Assembly (NCBI GenBank): GCA_043753995.1 | Contig: JAYUVP010000309.1 | Span: 1 to 19,692, forward strand | DNA from: Fibrobacterota bacterium | GTDB taxonomy: Bacteria > Fibrobacterota > Fibrobacteria > UBA11236 | Length of the DNA: 19,692 nt | Direction: 5' to 3' | In this document: piece by piece, positions 15,119 to 19,692 of the stretch | How the letters are laid out: each line of letters begins with the position of its first letter | How positions within the stretch are numbered: the first letter of the stretch is position 1 | The notes under the pieces: model-generated | The model's input: the letters and a program-made list of their open reading frames with translations, nothing else | Told to the model about the DNA's origin: nothing | The model's database searches: none | Position numbers and translations under genes: made by a program

Positions 15119-15860
15119 CACTGCATGTCATGCGGGCACGCAGCTCGGTAACAAAGTCAAGGTTGGCTTGAGAGTGCGTGAATACGGCAAAGACAAGGTC
15201 TCCCGGGTTCGTCACAAGCGAATAAGTGATTTTAGCACCCTCGAATCGTGACGTCAGGAAATAAAGTCCCGCCTTGGTGATTTTCAAATCAGCCTGTATT
15301 GGCGTGCCATCGCATAAAGTCTTTGCGCTCACTCCTTCGATGGGCGCGTCGAAATAAACTGCGTTGACTTGCGCATTTTCGCTGGCGCTATAAAATCCGA
15401 AAGATTCCACTACACTGTCAGGGAAAATCGGTTCATCGTCAGGGGCGTCGATAAAGGTTCCAATGCGCATCATGCGCACCGAGGCAGGTGACAGGGATTT
15501 AAAAGGTTGGGAATCCGAATAAATTGCCGGACTTCCAAGATGGCCGCCCAAAATGAGCGAATCCCAATTCACGCGCAAGACGGCATTGGATGCCATGCGT
15601 CGCACGAATTCATCCTCATTTTGAACAAAGCCACCGAACTTACCGGGTATGCTATTTAGCCTGACCACGAGACTTTCAGGCAAATCCGCACGCATGTCGG
15701 CCTTCATGCTACTAGTGCTGAAATGCATATGCTTGAAAGTGAAATTCGTCACCGTAGTTGGCTCAATCGTTGCTGGGATTTCAACTGGGACTTCGGTGGA
15801 ATTACAGCCGAATAGGCCGAGACCGAGGAGCGCGATGGCGAGGGTGGGTAGATGCTTCAT
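15111..15860 (-). CDS. Hypothetical lipoprotein
   Basis: 'MKHLPTLAIALLGLGLFG-C' signal peptide with lipobox LFGC. GAGG RBS before ATG 15860. No recognisable domain. Confidence 0.72.
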   Translation of the reverse strand: MKHLPTLAIALLGLGLFGCNSTEVPVEIPATIEPTTVTNFTFKHMHFSTSSMKADMRADLPESLVVRLNSIPGKFGGFVQNEDEFVRRMASNAVLRVNWDSLILGGHLGSPAIYSDSQPFKSLSPASVRMMRIGTFIDAPDDEPIFPDSVVESFGFYSASENAQVNAVYFDAPIEGVSAKTLCDGTPIQADLKITKAGLYFLTSRFEGAKITYSLVTNPGDLVFAVFTHSQANLDFVTELRARMTCSGG

Positions 15861-16041
15861 GTTTAGCCTCACTTATTTCACACCCAGAAGCGACTTCGAC
15901 CGACGGCCAATAGGACTTCTGCTTTTACCAATACCGGAGACCTGCTTAACCCTGAGATTGCCAATCTTCGCTTGCATGCATCAAGCATATGTCATCTATG
16001 ACATATTCACAAGCTGAACTTTTTTCGAATTTCAAGGGAAT

Positions 16042-16139
16042 TGCGGGTGGGGTAGCGGAGGCCGACCGCGCCTGCGGGGATAGCCGGGCCGCAGCGAGGG
16101 GCGGGGTCGCGTCCGCAAGCGGCCTCGCCCCACAAAGCA
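16042..16139. repeat. GC-rich multi-stem palindromic intergenic element (REP/MITE-like or ncRNA)
   Basis: Nested inverted repeats GTGGGG(16047-52)/CCCCAC(16128-33), GAGGCCG(16058-64)/CGGCCTC(16120-26) and CTGCGG(16072-77)/CCGCAG(16089-94). Confidence 0.45.
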
Positions 16140-16176
16140 TGGTTTGAAATTGAAGTCCTAAGGCCAAGGACGCTTT

Positions 16177-16605
16177 TCAGTCGACGCCAAGGCCCCTGAG
16201 CAAGACGGTGCGGCGATGTGGAGCAAGGCGATGCTCGCAGAGATAAATGCCTTGCCAGGTGCCCAAGGCGAGAGCGCCATCATCGACGGGGATTTGCAGG
16301 CTCACCCCGGTGATTATGCTGCGCATATGGGATGGCGAATCGTCTTCCCCTTCGAGGGTGTGCTTCATCCAAGGCGCGCCTTCGGGTGCGACTCGACGGA
16401 GAAACTCTTCTAAATCCTGCTTGGCCGTGGGATCATAATTTTCGCTGATGCATAGCGAGGCGCTGGTGTGTTGCAAGTAAAGAAAGCACATGCCTTCCTG
16501 CAGGCCCCATTGTCGCAAGATCGCTTGTACATGGGATGTGATGTCATGCAAGCCCTGGCGGCGCGTGGCGATTTCGAGGCTGCTTTTGAACCAATTCTTG
16601 GGCAT
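16177..16605 (-). CDS. yjbQ: YjbQ / UPF0047 family protein (secondary thiamine-phosphate synthase family)
   Basis: 'HTSASLCISENYDP', 'HTLEGEDDSPSHMRS' and 'LALGTWQGIYLCEHR'. ATG 16605 with GGAG RBS; the ORF-track N-terminal extension is low-complexity. Confidence 0.92.
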   Translation of the reverse strand: MPKNWFKSSLEIATRRQGLHDITSHVQAILRQWGLQEGMCFLYLQHTSASLCISENYDPTAKQDLEEFLRRVAPEGAPWMKHTLEGEDDSPSHMRSIITGVSLQIPVDDGALALGTWQGIYLCEHRLAPHRRTVLLRGLGVD

Positions 16606-16715
16606 GCGATCTCCGGAAAGGAGTAAAGGTAGGAGGATGGGGATGGGCGCAAGGGGGGGCAAATTGCCCCCACCCTATGGGGGTAGGATGCGATTTCGCT
16701 TGCCCGGTTACGCAG

Positions 16716-17351
16716 CTAATCTTCCAGAGCAAATACCAAGGTGACATGTTCCTCGGTTTCTAAGGCCGAGGGTTCGATGTCTAAACTTGATTCTGCCAGG
16801 GAATCCCTGGAATTGACAAACATTTTGCCTTCATCATTTCGAAAGCGAACTTCGGCCCAGCCGTATTCGATATACTGAATATTGCCCAGCCTGATCCCGG
16901 CAGAGGAGGCTAGCACGGCAGCATTGGATTTCGCGTCTTCGACGGCCAAGGCCATCGCGCGCTTGCGCAGAGCATCCTTATCCTTTACGGAAAAAAAGAA
17001 TTTCACTGCGGCATTGCTTTGTCCTTGAGCGACGCACTTTAAAGCCTGATTCAAAAGTTCCTTCTCCATCGCGAGTTCAATATTCAGGGAATGAGATGCC
17101 ATGTACCCTGTGAAAACTCGGTGCTTCTCGAGGTATTCCCAATTCTCTTGGATATTGAAATTACTGGTCTTGAGCTCGGCGCGGGAAAGCTTGGTGGCTT
17201 CAATGTTTTGGCGCAGCCCTTCCACCTGCCGATTAAGGAGGTTGACGCAATTTCCATAGTCCCGGTGCTTGGCTTCAACATCAAAAGAAAGGATGGCTAA
17301 ATCAGGTTGGGCTTGAAGGCGCCCTTTCCCTTGGACTTTAAGTGTTCTCAT
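16716..17351 (-). CDS. SIMPL domain (DUF541) protein
   Basis: 'TLKVQGKGRLQAQPDLAILSF', 'LKTSNFNI', 'FTGYMASHSL' and 'AVEDAKSNAAVLASSAGIRLGNI'. No signal peptide in this ORF. Confidence 0.88.
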   Translation of the reverse strand: MRTLKVQGKGRLQAQPDLAILSFDVEAKHRDYGNCVNLLNRQVEGLRQNIEATKLSRAELKTSNFNIQENWEYLEKHRVFTGYMASHSLNIELAMEKELLNQALKCVAQGQSNAAVKFFFSVKDKDALRKRAMALAVEDAKSNAAVLASSAGIRLGNIQYIEYGWAEVRFRNDEGKMFVNSRDSLAESSLDIEPSALETEEHVTLVFALED

Positions 17352-17761
17352 GTGCGGAACATTCCTATACTTTTCGCTGGGTTGAAATTGATTTTATGCA
17401 AAGGCGGGTTGCCAACTTGAATAGATCGCGCTCGAAACGCGGCCATAACTCAAGCGTCATGAAAGTAAACCCTGAAAAGGGTCAAAAATCGACCCTAAAT
17501 CATTCCATCACTTCTCGACACCTGGTGTTTCGATGCCTATTGTAATATTAGTGACTGGTTAATCATTTTTCCATTACATCGCTCATTAGATTTTGGAAAG
17601 AAGGAAAGGTTGGTGGTGTATTGGGCTGGAGGGAAGGGGTGTGCTAGTTGGTCACTCCGTTAAGAGCGGTCGCTTCGCCTGCCAGCGGGGAGGCAAATGG
17701 CCGCCGCCATTGGACTTGCGTAATTTGTCGTGCTGTGATATGTTTGTATTTCCCGGTGTAC

Positions 17762-17902
17762 CCTGCCCAACGCGCCCGGCATTCCTCGGAGAGGCTTCGC
17801 CTCGTGTCGGGTTCGCAGCAGGATCGCTATCATCCCGGTACGCTTTGCTTCAGGGGTTAAGTTGGGGCTGAGACCCAATTTCTCTGCGGCACTACCGGGA
17901 TG
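17762..17902. other. Two consecutive long hairpins in a large intergenic region (candidate ncRNA or palindromic element)
   Basis: Hairpin 1: CCTGC/GCAGG, CCCGGCA/TGTCGGG, GAGGC-TTC-GCCTC. Hairpin 2: perfect 10-bp CATCCCGGTA(17831-40)/TACCGGGATG(17893-902) enclosing AAGTTGGG/CCCAATTT. Confidence 0.45.
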
Positions 17903-18121
17903 TGGGATTCTATCGGGAAGAAGTCAGTAATTTTTGCGATCGATTGGGATATTTATCACAATACAGACAGGTAACTCGACGCCCGTTTTAATTCCTGGCC
18001 AGCAACCGAACGTAACCACCACCCATATTCGCTTTTTTTGGGGCCTTGGTCTTAAAAAACACAGAATAATTAGGGTATTTCCCAATATCTAATTGGAATT
18101 GATTCCAAAGTGGGACCGGCC

Positions 18122-19333
18122 ATGCGCACCTTGCGTGACACGCACTACCGACTGATTTCCCATTCTACTCCGACCCATAGGCGTCATCTCTTCGAGAGCT
18201 TCAGTACTTCAAGGCGGCTCGCCGGACTCATCGGCCCAAGAGGAACGGGTAAGACAACCCTTATGCTGCAATGGATTCGGGAAAAGGAAAACCCCGATCT
18301 TTGCATGTATGCCTCGCTGGATCACATTTATTTCTCTGTGCATTCCCTGCTTGATTTCGTCCGTGACATGCATCAATTAGAGGGTCGAAATCTTTTCTTC
18401 TTGGATGAGGCGCATAAATATCCCGGCTGGAATCGGGAATTGAAAAATATTTATGACTCATTTCCTGATATTCGCATTGTGTTTTCGGGAAGCTCTAGTT
18501 TGGACTTGCTTAAAGGGCAATATGATTTATCCAGACGTGGCATGATTTATCGGCTGAATGGACTCTCCTTTCGTGAATTCATTCTCTTCAAGACGGGAGC
18601 AGCTCCCAAGGCGTTTTCTTTCGACGATTTGATAAAAGGTACGATGGAAATTTCGCGAGAGCTTTCCGCCTTTCCTCGAATTCGAGGATTGTTCCAAGAA
18701 TTTTTAAGCACTGGATATTATCCATTTTATTTCGAAGACCCAGAGACTTATCGTGCGCGTATTCTCAATACGATTGAAAAAACCATATTCGAGGACATCG
18801 CCAATTTTTATTCCATGAACACCAACATGCTGCACGTATTCAAGCGCCTATTGGCCTATCTAGCATCGGTACCTCCAGGCGAAATGAGCGTGAATACTTT
18901 GGCTAGAAATTTGGAAATCGATCATAAAACGGTTAGTAGCTATCTGCAAATGATGCAAGAAACATCTTTGATTCACAGTTTGGCTTTGGAAAAAGAAGGA
19001 AAGGCAGGACTACGCACTTCGGAAAAGGTCTTGCTCGAAAATCCAAACCTCTATTTTGCCATTGCCAAAGAAACAGGCTTAGAGCCCAGTATAGGCATAC
19101 TGCGAGAAACCTTTTTTATCAATGCCTTGCGAGGAGTGGGTATTCCCGTTCACTACAGCAAAGGAGGCGATTATCGAGCCAAGGGCAAGATTTTTGAAAT
19201 CGGTGGGCCCAGTAAAACAGCGAGACAACTCAGTGGAGCAAAAAATGGAATTCTAGTGAAGGACGGTCCACTGATGGCAGCTCCAGGGGAGATTCCACTT
19301 TATTTGTTCGGGTTTTTTAGGGTGAACAGTTAA
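18122..19333 (+). CDS. AAA+ ATPase, AAA_14/DUF4143 family
   Basis: Walker A 'GPRGTGKT', Walker B 'FFLDEAHKY', 'FSGSSSLDL', 'DLSRR', 'GLSFREF', 'GYYPF', wHTH 'LARNLEIDHKTVSSYL' and C-terminal 'GDY...IFEIGG' (PD-(D/E)xK-like). Start GTG 18110 or ATG 18122. Confidence 0.9.
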   Translation: MRTLRDTHYRLISHSTPTHRRHLFESFSTSRRLAGLIGPRGTGKTTLMLQWIREKENPDLCMYASLDHIYFSVHSLLDFVRDMHQLEGRNLFFLDEAHKYPGWNRELKNIYDSFPDIRIVFSGSSSLDLLKGQYDLSRRGMIYRLNGLSFREFILFKTGAAPKAFSFDDLIKGTMEISRELSAFPRIRGLFQEFLSTGYYPFYFEDPETYRARILNTIEKTIFEDIANFYSMNTNMLHVFKRLLAYLASVPPGEMSVNTLARNLEIDHKTVSSYLQMMQETSLIHSLALEKEGKAGLRTSEKVLLENPNLYFAIAKETGLEPSIGILRETFFINALRGVGIPVHYSKGGDYRAKGKIFEIGGPSKTARQLSGAKNGILVKDGPLMAAPGEIPLYLFGFFRVNS

Positions 19334-19692
19334 AATCGATTTTAATGCCTGCTTATATGGCTTTTTAAAGTTTCCTTTGGAGTGAGTACACCAGCAGAAA
19401 CGAGCAGATTCCTGCATTTTTGTTTTGGGTCGGTCGAAAGCTTTTTAACAAATTATTTGAAGTCGACTCTTATGAGCCCATCCAGCCGGCCACGGCGACT
19501 TTCCAGTTCTCAGCCCCAAGCCTAACATACAGTTTATCGTTGCCGCTCGCAAGCCGAGGTGAATGCATTCTGATCGGTAAAAGCTAAAGCAGCCTATCGA
19601 GCAATGCCGGTTCATACTCGCAAAGAGGGCGATAATTCCCTGCATTGTGTAAATGCTGAAGGGGTTGTTTCAACTCACGCCCTCGCGAAGAG

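Noticed and set aside
16653..16687. GGGGGCAA-A-TTGCCCCC palindrome, and a 10-bp inverted match (TGGGGGTAGG) to window positions 1-10
   Set aside because: The hairpin lacks a U-tract, so it is not called a terminator. A low-complexity 10-bp match is expected by chance in 20 kb.
17470..17496. ACCCT-GAAA-AGGGT hairpin with alternative partner GACCCT (possible c-di-GMP-I/GEMM element)
   Set aside because: The flanking GEMM consensus (GGCAAAC...GACGCAAAGC and the second stem) is missing and the stems are short.
19445..19645. 66-aa minus-strand ORF at the window end, and short ORFs at 15946-16167 and 17342-17878
   Set aside because: No RBS, motif or coding-like composition. Several overlap palindromic non-coding elements.
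1..19692. CRISPR array, tRNA/rRNA, transposase or integrase
   Set aside because: No regularly spaced repeats, cloverleaf/T-loop signature or DDE/tyrosine-recombinase motifs seen by eye.

Overview
A mostly GC-rich bacterial window, probably FCB group. The C-terminal tails of two secreted proteins suggest Fibrobacterota, which is an inference. The main feature is a tightly coupled 8-gene minus-strand operon at about 536-9408. In transcription order it encodes a Rieske non-heme-iron oxygenase, an alpha/beta-hydrolase, a membrane fatty-acid desaturase, two tandem cobalamin-dependent radical SAM enzymes, two GNAT-like proteins and a GH3 acyl-adenylate amido synthetase. It has no PKS, NRPS, ACP or precursor peptide and looks like an uncharacterised pathway for a modified lipid or acyl-amide. 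Divergent from it is a single-domain globin with a near-consensus sigma-54 promoter, an upstream tandem repeat and a long structured 5' leader. The rest holds an AT-rich VOC gene, a degraded AAA/DUF4143 ATPase remnant, a secreted esterase, a SnoaL/NTF2 protein, a monoheme cytochrome c, a DUF4954-like beta-helix protein, a lipoprotein, YjbQ, a SIMPL protein, an intact AAA_14/DUF4143 ATPase and several structured intergenic elements. I saw no rRNA, tRNA, CRISPR array or transposase. All family calls come from reading motifs by eye, not from database searches.
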